DNA from: Candidatus Bathyarchaeia archaeon
GTDB lineage: Archaea > Thermoproteota > Bathyarchaeia > 40CM-2-53-6
Direction: 5' to 3'
Assembly: GCA_050013255.1 (NCBI GenBank)
Contig: JBEKFP010000001.1
Location: 1,088,001-1,152,000 of the forward strand
DNA: 64,000 bases
In this document: piece after piece, positions 1-10,189 of the stretch
Layout of the letters: every line of letters starts with the position of its first letter
Position numbering within the stretch: position 1 is the first letter of the stretch
Position numbers and translations under genes: made by a program
Notes under the pieces: generated by a model
Seen by the model: the letters and a program-made list of their open reading frames with translations, nothing else
The model's database searches: none
What the model was told of the DNA's origin: nothing

Positions 1-456
1 TACATTCTCGAAGGCAACGCTTTCCACGTAATGACCTTTGTCAGTACCCTTACGCAACCGGGCCTGCGCGGCAATTGTTCCTGCTGGTGTATCTATCTTT
101 AGATTCTCTCGAGCCGCCACAATACCGGTTTCGATTACCACGGTACTGAGCGCGATAATGCCATGCCCACACATCGTGCTCCAGCCTTCATTGTGCATGA
201 AAAGAACGCCTATGTCAGAATCACTCTGAACAGGTTCCGTCATAATCGTGCCGTACATATCGGCGTGTCCGCGGGACTCAAACATCAAGGCGCGGCGCAA
301 TCCATCTAGATGCTTCTGTGCGTAACGCCGCTTTTCGACGATGGTATCGCCAGGCACTTGATCAACACCGCTCGTTACCACGCGGAGTGGTTCCCCTTCC
401 GCGTGTGCGTCGATTGTGCTGATACGTTGCCAGTCCGATGGCGGTCTCCAGTTCAT
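1..456 (-). CDS. Proline racemase family protein (proline racemase / hydroxyproline epimerase / trans-3-hydroxyproline dehydratase); runs off the window edge
   Basis: Manual minus-strand translation MNWRPPSDWQRISTIDTHAEGEPLRVV...RGHADMYG...LFMHNEGWSTMCGHGIIAL...IDTPAG; the DxHxxGEP and MCGHG motifs define the family. Not in the ORF track. Confidence 0.9.
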   Translation of the reverse strand, partial: MNWRPPSDWQRISTIDAHAEGEPLRVVTSGVDQVPGDTIVEKRRYAQKHLDGLRRALMFESRGHADMYGTIMTEPVQSDSDIGVLFMHNEGWSTMCGHGIIALSTVVIETGIVAARENLKIDTPAGTIAAQARLRKGTDKGHYVESVAFENV

Positions 457-614
457 GTTCCTTCGCGTCGCCCAGCAGGTACAGAGTATTTTATGCTTCG
501 GCTGCTCGGTTCGAATCGGAAACAGATTCACTCATGAGAGTATATTGCATATCAAGTTCAAAGGCAGAATCATCAGCGAAACGAAGATAGTGATTACTTA
601 GTCGCAAAGATGGA

Positions 615-809
615 CTACTTGGCGCGGAATCTCAACTTGTAGTCACGGTATAACCCTTCAGATAGCAAAGCACTTGTGAGAAATGAGAGAACAGTCCAAA
701 AGATATTTCCCTTCCAAGCGAAGTAGATTGCACCGAAAACTAATACCACCACTAAAAGGACTGAACTAATTATAGTCGTGTTCTTGCCCATTTTGAACCG
801 ATGTCTCAA
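615..809 (-). CDS. Small two-TM membrane protein, unknown function
   Basis: Two hydrophobic segments and a basic C-terminus; AT-rich DNA. Confidence 0.5.
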   Translation of the reverse strand: MRHRFKMGKNTTIISSVLLVVVLVFGAIYFAWKGNIFWTVLSFLTSALLSEGLYRDYKLRFRAK

Positions 810-1129
810 TTCTCTTTCCTCACGGCGGCAACGCAGAAGATTCGAGTCATGAAAGAAGAACTACGTTATTGCATTAATCAATATTGAGATGATTTCAGAG
901 TGAACTATAATCGTATTCTTTCTTGTTATGACTCGTGGACTCGAAATTAGGCAAAGCTCAGGCTCTGAAGTCCTCGTATATTATCCACTAGTAATCGAGT
1001 CGCTCGCATAGAATTTTCCCTCGTCAGAGTCGTCAAGAGAATGAGGAATTGGGGCTATGGCCGGTCTTGGACCTAGTCCCCGTGCGCTACGTCAATGATG
1101 GATTATTGGGAGGACGCTCTCACGCTGAG

Positions 1130-1900
1130 TTACTTCCTAGCTATCTCGCCGATGAATTCGGCAGCTCTGTCAACAACGGCTGAAAGCAATTTCTCACCTT
1201 TCCCTTTGGTCGCCTTGGATGGATCGCCAACGGATCCGGTGCTTGTTAACTTGTTCATTGGTGGAGTGGCGGCTTGTACCTTAGGACCACCAGCAAGGAA
1301 GTCGTACTTAACGAAAGTGGGCTTAAGGTGTGGTATCTCACCTTTGAGTTTGCTTTTGTCGACGCGTTGGTCTAATGCGTAAGCTACGGAGGTTTCAGTG
1401 TCGCAAGCATGGAAGAATGGGGGATCACATGTCTTCTTGATTTCATCTATTATGAGCTCCCACCAGTTTATGACGTAGACTTCGCTAGCGATCTGCTCAG
1501 CTAGGTCATGTAGCGCTACACTTAGAGCGGCGTCGTTTCCGCCGTGGCCGTTGAATATCACGATCTTCTTGAAACCGTGCTTACTGAGACTTACACAAAT
1601 GTCCTTTATGACATCAACGAATGTTTGGATTTGCAGTGTTATGGTGCCTGGGAAGACCATGTGGTGTTGTGAAACGCCGAAGGCTACGGGATGTGTCACG
1701 ACGACGCTGATATTCCTCTCCGATACTTTGTCGGCAGTTCGTTTGGCTATTTCGTTAGCAGTCCACCAATCATTGTCTACTGGCAGATGCATTCCGTGTT
1801 GTTCCGTCGATCCAACCGGGACAAACGCAATATTCGATTTCTCCAAGTAGCTTTTGACTTCCGGCCATGTCATCTGGTCTAACTGCACTGTCAAATTCAC
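1130..1900 (-). CDS. Creatininase / creatinine amidohydrolase family protein
   Basis: PVGSTEQHGMHLP, NGHGGN and HACDTETS metal-binding motifs; SD-like GGAG immediately upstream of the GTG start. Confidence 0.92.
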   Translation of the reverse strand: MNLTVQLDQMTWPEVKSYLEKSNIAFVPVGSTEQHGMHLPVDNDWWTANEIAKRTADKVSERNISVVVTHPVAFGVSQHHMVFPGTITLQIQTFVDVIKDICVSLSKHGFKKIVIFNGHGGNDAALSVALHDLAEQIASEVYVINWWELIIDEIKKTCDPPFFHACDTETSVAYALDQRVDKSKLKGEIPHLKPTFVKYDFLAGGPKVQAATPPMNKLTSTGSVGDPSKATKGKGEKLLSAVVDRAAEFIGEIARK

Positions 1901-1949
1901 CTCCTAATGAGAAATTGATCACAAGAAAAAAAGGGGAGTAACGGACGTG

Positions 1950-2204
1950 TCACTTTTTGCTCTTGCTTGTTCTTCGTTGCACGAAAACTAGGGCGATGAT
2001 GCCTACAGCAATCAGGACAACCATCAGTGCGTACTGAACTATATCAGAGAGATACAACAGGGCAGGTCTAGTCTTTGGCAAGTAGTTGTTAAGGAACGGT
2101 GTCCATTGCAGTCCTTGCAGGCTCGATCGAAGAATAATGATCACGAAGGCGATGACAAACATTAGCACGAGAATACCGTAGAGTTTTCCTTTGCTCATGG
2201 TCAC
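1950..2204 (-). CDS. Small two-TM membrane protein between the S component and the creatininase gene
   Basis: Two hydrophobic helices; 9 bp from the upstream co-oriented gene. Confidence 0.7.
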   Translation of the reverse strand: MTMSKGKLYGILVLMFVIAFVIIILRSSLQGLQWTPFLNNYLPKTRPALLYLSDIVQYALMVVLIAVGIIALVFVQRRTSKSKK

Positions 2205-2213
2205 ACCGTCTCC

Positions 2214-2807
2214 TTATTCTACTTCTTCTCCGCCCGACCATCGCCAGCGTGGTTTCATGAAGTCTGGGAACAATCGTAGTACTATGACCATCGGTATCCA
2301 TTGCTGCAGTACGTAGACGAGATAGGTTCCACCTGCGAATGTTGCGACCATTTCCGGCCAGAAGGGCACTATTTGCAGACCGAACGACATAGCAGCAGTG
2401 TAGAGAGTCAGCCCGACGCCTTCAGCGACTAAGGATGTCACAAGGAGAAGGCCATATCCAATCGGGCCGCGATGGTTCCATACCGTCTTTGTCACAAGGC
2501 AGAAGATTAGGCCGACGAGCGGATAGTACCAAGGATCTAGCATTGGTAGCGACGATGGAAGACCAATCAGGATACCGCTTGCGATGGCGACGTAAGGTCC
2601 TCCTGCAAATGCCACTATTGCGATGATCGTCTCCCTAACATCGAGGACGAAGGGGGGATAGAGGGGGATTACGAGCCCCAGTGCTCTCCAAGCAAATCCG
2701 AGTCCGCCTAGGGCCGCTACCATTCCAACTTGTCTAGCTGTTAGCTTAGGTGGCTTCGATGTAGAACTTTTTGTCGTTTCGCTTTTGGTCAACGTTTTTC
2801 GGGTCAA
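2214..2807 (-). CDS. ECF transporter substrate-binding (S) component, substrate unknown
   Basis: 197 aa, 5-6 TM helices, AxxxG-type helix 1, P-x-P loop, GGP motif; divergent from ecfA/ecfT. Confidence 0.75.
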   Translation of the reverse strand: MTRKTLTKSETTKSSTSKPPKLTARQVGMVAALGGLGFAWRALGLVIPLYPPFVLDVRETIIAIVAFAGGPYVAIASGILIGLPSSLPMLDPWYYPLVGLIFCLVTKTVWNHRGPIGYGLLLVTSLVAEGVGLTLYTAAMSFGLQIVPFWPEMVATFAGGTYLVYVLQQWIPMVIVLRLFPDFMKPRWRWSGGEEVE

Positions 2808-3021
2808 GCGTTATCGACTACGCGAGTTAAGGCTTGGCTAATGATTGTATATAGTGGGTTGACGTAACCCATTCACTGTGAAGAAGAATTCATTGTAACG
2901 TAAATTTCGACTCCAATTTTGTACTGCTGTCTCGCGGTCACCTGGGCGAATGACTACCACTTTCTGGTCACCAGTAATCGAGCTTAAAGGTCAGCTTAAC
3001 CCAACTCGCCGCGTGCTGACC

Positions 3022-4758
3022 GTGGCTGACAAAGTAGTTTTCCAGAATGTCAGTTTCACCTACGCAGGCGATTCGAAACCTGCGTTGAACCACATCTCAC
3101 TCACAATTCATCAAGGGGAGACCGTGCTGATCGCGGGACCAGCAGGAGCGGGCAAGACGACCTTATGTCGTTGTATTAACGGGCTCGTCCCCCATTATTT
3201 TCGTGGACACGTTGAGGGGAAAGTGCTGGTCGGAGATATCGATACGAAAGTTTCTTCGATATCTGCACTATCGCATGTGGCGGCCATGCTCTTTCAAGAC
3301 CCGTCCAGCCAACTCGTCAACCCCACGGTCTTCGACGAGATCGCCTTTGGACCTGAGAATTATGGTGTTCCTCGCGACGAGATTCTAGTCCGAGTGAAAG
3401 AGTCGATCCAGTCGATGCGACTGGATGGGTATGAGGAGAGAAATCCTCATTCCTTGTCAGGTGGAGAGCAGCAAGCGTGTGGGCTGGCTGCAATCGTCTC
3501 TATGCGGCCTGATGTGTACGTCTTGGATGAGCCCACATCTAATCTTGATCCCATCGGAAGCATGAGGGTTCTCACCCATCTTGCCGAATTGTCGAGGACC
3601 GAGAATGCAACTACGATAATAGTCGAGCACAAGCTTGAGGAACTCCTGCCTCTTGTGGACCGTCTCATCGTTATGCAAGACGGCGGAATCGTCGCTGAAG
3701 GAGAGCCTCGAAGGATGTTTGAAGACGCAGAATCGATGACTAAGCTCGGGTTAAAAACGCCTCAAACGGCTCTCCTATTCTCAAGGCTCAGAAGGTTCGA
3801 CCCGTCCCTGAAAATTCCTATCACGTTTGATGAAGCTGTCTCGGAAATGTCCCCGTTTCTAAAGCCCCGTATGAAAGGTGACGCAAGGCCCACGCCGCGA
3901 GAACCCTCTGATCCGAAGAATGCTGATCATGGAGACACGGTAATTCATACTGAAGATCTTGTGCATGTATACGATGCGGGTACCGTCGCTCTTCAAGGAG
4001 TGACTGTAGATATACGAAAGAAAGACTTCTTGGCCATCATAGGTCAGAACGGTTCGGGGAAGACAACGCTTGTGAAGCATTTTGATGGTCTGCTTCGCCC
4101 CACTAAAGGAAAAGTCTTGGTTTTCGGACTTGACGCTTCGCAAGCTAGCATTCGACAACTATCGACCAAGGTCGGATACTGCTTTCAGAATCCCGATCAC
4201 CAAATTTGCACCGACAGCGTAAGAAAGGAATTGGAATTCGGACCTAGAAATCTTGAATTGCCCGAGAGTGAAATACAGAAACGAGTAGACGAAGTAACCG
4301 AAGCCATCGGCCTACGAGAAATGTTGAACGATAACCCGTTCAATCGGAGCAAGGGGGAGAGGCAGCGAATTGCCGTCGCATCGGTTCTCACCATGAAACC
4401 GGATGTCTTGGTGGTTGACGAACCAACAACTGGACAGGACGACCGAATGGCCAGGCAAATGATGGAGTTCTATAGGAAACTGCATGATGAAGATGGTAAG
4501 ACCATCATTGTGATCACCCATGACATGAACCTGGCCGCGGAATACGCAAACAGGGTCTTTGTCATGTGGAACGGTCAAATCTTGCTAAGCGGTTCACCTC
4601 GCGAAGTGTTCGCTAAATCAGAAGAGATTGAGAAGACCTACCTTAAAGCCCCACAGATCACGCGGTTCGCGCAAGCACTCAAGTCCTTCGGTTTCCCGCC
4701 AGACGTGTTGACTGTAGATGAGATGTATCATGAGGTTGCTAAGAGAATAGGAGGTTAA
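3022..4758 (+). CDS. ecfA: ECF transporter fused double ATPase (EcfA-EcfA')
   Basis: Two ABC domains: GPAGAGKT/LSGGEQQ/LDEPT and GQNGSGKT/SKGERQR/VDEPT, with FQDP and FQNP Q-loops; likely GTG start at 3022 (ORF open from 2950). Confidence 0.93.
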   Translation: MADKVVFQNVSFTYAGDSKPALNHISLTIHQGETVLIAGPAGAGKTTLCRCINGLVPHYFRGHVEGKVLVGDIDTKVSSISALSHVAAMLFQDPSSQLVNPTVFDEIAFGPENYGVPRDEILVRVKESIQSMRLDGYEERNPHSLSGGEQQACGLAAIVSMRPDVYVLDEPTSNLDPIGSMRVLTHLAELSRTENATTIIVEHKLEELLPLVDRLIVMQDGGIVAEGEPRRMFEDAESMTKLGLKTPQTALLFSRLRRFDPSLKIPITFDEAVSEMSPFLKPRMKGDARPTPREPSDPKNADHGDTVIHTEDLVHVYDAGTVALQGVTVDIRKKDFLAIIGQNGSGKTTLVKHFDGLLRPTKGKVLVFGLDASQASIRQLSTKVGYCFQNPDHQICTDSVRKELEFGPRNLELPESEIQKRVDEVTEAIGLREMLNDNPFNRSKGERQRIAVASVLTMKPDVLVVDEPTTGQDDRMARQMMEFYRKLHDEDGKTIIVITHDMNLAAEYANRVFVMWNGQILLSGSPREVFAKSEEIEKTYLKAPQITRFAQALKSFGFPPDVLTVDEMYHEVAKRIGG

Positions 4759-4762
4759 GAGC

Positions 4763-5620
4763 TTGGCATTTGAGTATGTCCCGGGTAACACTTTCTTCCA
4801 CAAACTCGACCCTCGGGTAAAATTCCTCTGGTGGATAGTTGTAATGATTATGGCGGTCGGATTGGGGACAGATCCAATTTACTTAGGAGTCGTGTTCATC
4901 TCAATCTTTGTGGTTATGCGACTCGCGAACATACCGTTCAATAAAGTAACCTCGTTCCTAAAAGGGATGGCACCAGTTGTCGCCATGTACGCGATCTTTA
5001 ACCTTCTCTTTCCGCCCATAGCTACAGACGTTAAGAACCCATACATTTTCTTCTATTTGATTCCGGCGAGGACACTTCCCGTGTCACTTGAAGCGTGCAT
5101 CTGGACGGCCGGCGCGGTTCTTCGGTTCCTGATGATTCTTCTCGTGATAAGAACGATTTTGATGATTACGCCTATCCGCGACATCATAATCACTTTCGTG
5201 AAGCTAAAGCTACCAGCCGATTTCGCTCTTGCATTGAGCATCGGCTTGGCTTACGTGCCAGTGCTAATTGACGAGAACAATAAGATCAAAGAGGCTCAGC
5301 AAGCGCGAGGGTGGAGATACGAATATAGGAACCCAGCTAAGAGGTTCAATGCTCTCCTAAAGCAAATGTTCGTGCCAGCAATCTTCAACTCTATGCGTCG
5401 AACGGGCGATATAGCAATCGCCATAGAATCACGAGGTTTCAGTCACGATATCGCGAGGCGTACGTATGTTCGTCAGCTGAAGTATACTCGAAGCGACTAT
5501 ATTGTTACAGCCGTGCTTCTTCTGGCTATGTTGGTTGGGCTAGCAGTAGGAACCTGGGGACTTCACTGGGCATCTTATGTTAATGTTGCAAGAATGATTA
5601 GACAATTCCTGCCCTCTTAA
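4763..5620 (+). CDS. ecfT: ECF transporter transmembrane T component
   Basis: HKLDPRVK N-terminus; QARG and ESRG Arg motifs. Confidence 0.93.
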   Translation: MAFEYVPGNTFFHKLDPRVKFLWWIVVMIMAVGLGTDPIYLGVVFISIFVVMRLANIPFNKVTSFLKGMAPVVAMYAIFNLLFPPIATDVKNPYIFFYLIPARTLPVSLEACIWTAGAVLRFLMILLVIRTILMITPIRDIIITFVKLKLPADFALALSIGLAYVPVLIDENNKIKEAQQARGWRYEYRNPAKRFNALLKQMFVPAIFNSMRRTGDIAIAIESRGFSHDIARRTYVRQLKYTRSDYIVTAVLLLAMLVGLAVGTWGLHWASYVNVARMIRQFLPS

Positions 5621-6244
5621 CATGATTATAACGCATCCCGAACCATCGGCTCCCAGTTCTGACCTTTCTGGTCGTGATCGACGAAATGAAAACAAACTAT
5701 GCTAGATTGCTGGCGCCAACTCAAAGCGTGATTATGCACCTCCTTCCAGGAACCCCGGTAAGCTTTGACGACGACGGTTCTTGGGAACTTCATAGCCCTG
5801 GGTTTGAAGCGATCAAAACTCTTGGAGACTTATGAGTTTGAGACTCAACTCACTCACACCTGCGGCTTATTCAGTGGTGAGTCGCTTTTCTCTTAGCACA
5901 TTCGATATGAAATCTATTTCTATGAAATACAGAAAGGAAGCTCTGCGTCTTCGCCACCTGCAGAACAGGTTCAACAAGCCTTTGACACCCAGATTCTAAT
6001 CGCCTTCAGCTCAGTGACGCCTAAGAAAATTCAGTGACAAATCAAGAAGAACTCTCTCCTCTTTTTTCAGCGCTCCAAGATTCATACATAGTATGCTATA
6101 CCCATCAGTCTTTGGCGTTGACTTTGCTTTGCTTAGGCGTGCCCTAGTTACACTCGACTCACGCAAACTGAAAAGCTATCAGCTAACCTCGGGTTAACGC
6201 GCCCGGTTCGAGACTCCTCCATGCCTTGTAGACTTCTGAAGCAT

Positions 6245-7489
6245 TCACATGTTTAGAATAGTGGATCGCAATGCCTGCACCGTCGGTTCAATGAGGCTCG
6301 GGTGAGGAGCATGTCGCAGGGGCGCCTCCGAGTCCTTCAGGCCGTTTCCAGTTATTACACAGCATATTCTATCATTCTTGTCTATTACGCCAGCTTTAAC
6401 CAGCTTTATCATGCCGGCTACTGGGGCAGCACCCCCTGGCTCAGCGAATATACCCTCCTTCGCACCTAGCAAGGATTGGGCATCAAGTATTTCATCGTCA
6501 GTCACAGTCTCAACGACTCCATTCGATTCATGCAGGCTCATGAAACTCTTGAGATAATTGCGAGGCTTGCCGACGGCGAGTGCTCCTGCTATCGTGTTCG
6601 GTATGACTGGTTCAATCGACCGGCTCCCCTTCTTATATGCCGATACAACCGGGCTGGATCCCTCGGGTTGAATTCCAACCATTCTCGGTTTTCTGGATAT
6701 AAACCCCAGTTGATAGAACTCTTTGAGTCCTTTCCACACGCCTGCTAGATTGCACCCGTTGCCAACCGGGACGATTACCCAGTCTGGTGGATGCCAGCTG
6801 AATTGTTCACATAGTTCGTAGGCAAGCGTTTTTTTTCCTTCTGTCCTAAAGGGGTTTGTCGCTGGATTGCAGTTGTACCACCCGAACGTTGCACATGCTT
6901 CATTGGCCAGATCGTATGCTTGATCGTAGTTTCCCTTTACTTTGATGACTTTCGCGCCATATGAAATCGATTGAGATAGTTTTCCTATCGGTGTCGATTC
7001 GGGAACAAAAACGTAACATTGTAATCCTGCTTTGGCCGCGTGTGCGGCCATTGACGCTGCAGCGTTTCCTGTGGACGCGATTGCTGTCACATTTTGTTCG
7101 AATTCAAGTGCCTTGTTGGAGGCCATGATAGATGCTCTGTCTTTGAAGACACCGGTGGGATTGCGCGTTTCATCTTTTCCGTACAATTGCTTCAACCCAA
7201 GCTCCTCTCCCAGCCTTCGGCAATGAATCAAAGGAGTGCCGCCTTCCTCCAGGGACGGAACTTGCTTAATGTCGAATATTGGAAGCAACTCGTGATACCT
7301 CAGGCACGCGGGTCCCCGCCTGTTTTCTAGGTCTGTAATAGTTATCTCGCTCCCTATGGTATCATAATCATAGACTACGTCGAGCTTCTCTCCGCAATTG
7401 TCGCAAATGAAAATCTGTGCTCTTGGGTGGAATTCCTTCTGACAACTAACGCATCGGAGAGTGCGTACGAAGCTTCTGTTTACAGTCGT
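6245..7489 (-). CDS. thrC: Threonine synthase family PLP enzyme with N-terminal Zn ribbon; start codon uncertain
   Basis: NPTGVFKDR (PLP Lys), ASTGNAA, PVGNGCN, ITGNGLKD; the frame extends upstream of TTG 7288 through CVSC...CDNCG to a TAG at 7493-7495. Confidence 0.88.
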   Translation of the reverse strand, partial: TTVNRSFVRTLRCVSCQKEFHPRAQIFICDNCGEKLDVVYDYDTIGSEITITDLENRRGPACLRYHELLPIFDIKQVPSLEEGGTPLIHCRRLGEELGLKQLYGKDETRNPTGVFKDRASIMASNKALEFEQNVTAIASTGNAAASMAAHAAKAGLQCYVFVPESTPIGKLSQSISYGAKVIKVKGNYDQAYDLANEACATFGWYNCNPATNPFRTEGKKTLAYELCEQFSWHPPDWVIVPVGNGCNLAGVWKGLKEFYQLGFISRKPRMVGIQPEGSSPVVSAYKKGSRSIEPVIPNTIAGALAVGKPRNYLKSFMSLHESNGVVETVTDDEILDAQSLLGAKEGIFAEPGGAAPVAGMIKLVKAGVIDKNDRICCVITGNGLKDSEAPLRHAPHPSLIEPTVQALRSTILNM

Positions 7490-8103
7490 GAGCTATAACC
7501 CACCTCCGTCTGGTTTTGATTGAGTCTTAAAAAAATGCTGGTTAATTCACACACCGGCAATTCGCTAGTTACCATCGTTCCGCTTTGCGTTTTGAATCAG
7601 CGTCAGCCATTTGTTTGAGCCCTCGACTTTGATTCCTGTAACTTCGGCGGAGGTTCTGTCGTCTAGTGCGATGTGTGGTCGTATGTAGTAACGGATACGC
7701 TGAATTGCGCGGAGTTGCAAGTACTGTCACGGTGAAGGACACCAAGTGCGGGTGTGTTTCATCAAACATAAGGAAGGCTGGAACGGCCAACTTTTCGGAG
7801 CGAACCCATCTGAGAGCGCGACCACCGCTGTAACCCTGCAGAATAGACGAAGACTCGAAAATTCTTCCACCCCAAAACTCGCTAAATTACAGGCGTGATC
7901 AAGGGAACTTCCAATCGATGAGCGCGCACTGGAGGCGGCGACCAAGCCAAAATAGCACAGCGGAAAATGGTACAAGTTCCCTACCGTTTCACGTAGCGGC
8001 CCTATCTAGGAACTTACGTAAAAGACATTCAACGACCGCACATACAATAAACGCGAAACTTCTTTTAGCAGTACTAGGGCCGTCGCATTCTGGTGGTATC
8101 CCG

Positions 8104-10137
8104 TTGCTTGAGCCACTGTTGGATTTACCCCACCGCATGAACTATGACCTTATGCCCGTCTTCACAGCTGTTTTCATGTACTCAATTCTCACATTGTTCG
8201 CCGCAGTTTTCCTCTACGGGGTCTACAGGCGCTTGCGGATCTACTTCAGGGGAACTTCTCCACCAAGGTTTGACCACCTAAAAGAAAGAGCCCTCAAGGC
8301 AATAGCAAACGCATTCATGCAACGAAAGGTTTTGAAGAAGAAATACCCCGGCATCATGCACCTTCTCATTTACTCTGGAATAATCGTCCTTTTGATAGGT
8401 ACGACTTTGGTGTTCATTGATTCTGACCTTTGGCAGACCATCTTTCATAGCCAAATCTTGGTCGGCAACTTCTACCTCTTCTTTGAACTCTTTTTGGACG
8501 CTTTTGGCCTTGTCGCCATAGCGGGCCTGCTAATCGCGATCTTCAGAAGAACGGTCTCTAGGCCACCGAATCTCCCCACGTCCCGGGATGACATCTACAT
8601 TTTTTCAGTTCTCTTAGTCATCCTGACAACAGGGTACGTCTTAGAAGCCATACGGCTTGCGGTTGATAAGCCAACTTGGGCGCAATGGTCATTCGTCGGA
8701 TACCAACTTTCCTTGTTGCTGATAAGCCATGGGCTCGACACCGAAGGAATCATAACCTTCTACCGTGGGCTGTGGTGGTTCCACGCGCTCCTCGCGTTCA
8801 CTGCCGTTGCGAGCATTCCGTACACGAAACTCTTTCACCTAATCACTTCGCCTCTTAATGCCCTCTTCGCGCACTTGCGACCAAAAGGTCAACTCAGCAC
8901 ACCGTTTGACCTGAAACAGCTCTTAGCTTCAGGCAACTTCGACATCAAAGTTGGAGCCGCGGCTATCACTGACTTCTCGTGGCAACAGAGGCTAACCTTT
9001 GACTCATGCACGTCGTGTGGGCGGTGTACAAACGCCTGTCCCGCAACCGCCGCTGGAACGCTTCTCTCACCAATGCACCTCATACTAAAGCTCAGAGGCC
9101 TGATGCTAACACAAACTGCGACTGATGGCGGAACCACAGCGGTCACCAATGTCGTGAACCCCGAGGAACTCTGGGCATGCACAACCTGCAGGGCATGCGT
9201 TAGCGAGTGCCCTGTTCTCATCGATCACATCGACGCAATAATCGACATGAGGCGGCACCTAGTCGGCGAAGGAAAACTTGACCGTGGCAAACGGGACCTA
9301 CTCACAAACCTGACTAACGTTTCCAACCCCTACGGCTTACCACCAGCGGACCGCATGAAATGGGCGGAAGGCCTTGATGTAAAGACTGTGAACGAGCAAC
9401 CGGAATTTGACCTCCTCTACTGGGTTGGCTGCTCAGGATCGTACGATCCCAGAAACCAGAACGTATCCAGAGCTATCGTCAAGATATTGAAAACAACAGG
9501 AATTCGTTTTGCAGTCCTTGGAAACGAAGAGAAATGTAACTGCGAAGTTGCTCGGAGACTCGGGGAGGAAGGGCGTTTTCAACAAGCAGCCATAGAGCTA
9601 GTCGACCTATTCAAGAAATATAACGTCAAAACTATTCTCACCCAATGCCCACATTGCTTCAACACCTTCAGGACCGAATATCCACAATTCGGCGCTGACT
9701 TACAGGTCATGCACCATTCACAACTCATCGCTCAACTCATCGCTGTAGGAAAGTTGAAACTCAAGAAAGGGTTGCAGGGGAACATTACGTTTCATGACCC
9801 ATGCTACCTGGGAAGGTACAATGGCGTCTATGATTCACCTAGAAAAATCCTAACCTCTCTCAGCACCGAAGGGATTAAAGAGATGCCTAGGTCCCGCGAG
9901 AACAGTTTCTGCTGTGGTGCGGGAGGAGCGAACTTCTGGTATAAAGTCGAGCAGAAGAAGAAAATAGGAGTGATACGTTTCGAGGAAGCACAACAAACTA
10001 AAGCAGGCACATTAGCAACTGCCTGCCCCTTCTGCACCTCGATGCTCGAAGACGCGTCGGTTGCCCTAGGAGCAAAAGGGTCGGTCGCGGTGCTGGATAT
10101 CGCCGAACTTGTTGAAGGCCAAATCGAATCTTCCTAA
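8104..10137 (+). CDS. Membrane Fe-S oxidoreductase (NarI-like cytochrome b TM domain, 2x[4Fe-4S], two CCG domains); FadF / ETF:quinone oxidoreductase type
   Basis: TM His residues (GIMH, WWFH, KLFH), CTSCGRCTNACP, CTTCRACVSECP, WVGC, CPHC, HDPCYLGR, CCGAGG, CPFC; directly upstream of etfB/etfA; TTG 8104 preferred to ATG 7918. Confidence 0.88.
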   Translation: MLEPLLDLPHRMNYDLMPVFTAVFMYSILTLFAAVFLYGVYRRLRIYFRGTSPPRFDHLKERALKAIANAFMQRKVLKKKYPGIMHLLIYSGIIVLLIGTTLVFIDSDLWQTIFHSQILVGNFYLFFELFLDAFGLVAIAGLLIAIFRRTVSRPPNLPTSRDDIYIFSVLLVILTTGYVLEAIRLAVDKPTWAQWSFVGYQLSLLLISHGLDTEGIITFYRGLWWFHALLAFTAVASIPYTKLFHLITSPLNALFAHLRPKGQLSTPFDLKQLLASGNFDIKVGAAAITDFSWQQRLTFDSCTSCGRCTNACPATAAGTLLSPMHLILKLRGLMLTQTATDGGTTAVTNVVNPEELWACTTCRACVSECPVLIDHIDAIIDMRRHLVGEGKLDRGKRDLLTNLTNVSNPYGLPPADRMKWAEGLDVKTVNEQPEFDLLYWVGCSGSYDPRNQNVSRAIVKILKTTGIRFAVLGNEEKCNCEVARRLGEEGRFQQAAIELVDLFKKYNVKTILTQCPHCFNTFRTEYPQFGADLQVMHHSQLIAQLIAVGKLKLKKGLQGNITFHDPCYLGRYNGVYDSPRKILTSLSTEGIKEMPRSRENSFCCGAGGANFWYKVEQKKKIGVIRFEEAQQTKAGTLATACPFCTSMLEDASVALGAKGSVAVLDIAELVEGQIESS

Positions 10138-10189
10138 CTTTTTAATCCGATAGCAAATTGAGGGAAACCAAGTCATCCAGTGATCGGCG

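Noticed and set aside
5621-6244. 620-bp gap with 49-55 codon ORFs on both strands
   Set aside because: No motif, repeat or RNA structure I can support.
7724-7897. CKYCHGEG (DnaJ-like CxxCxGxG) in an intergenic plus-strand frame
   Set aside because: Single motif with an in-frame stop just upstream and no start; at most a decayed remnant.
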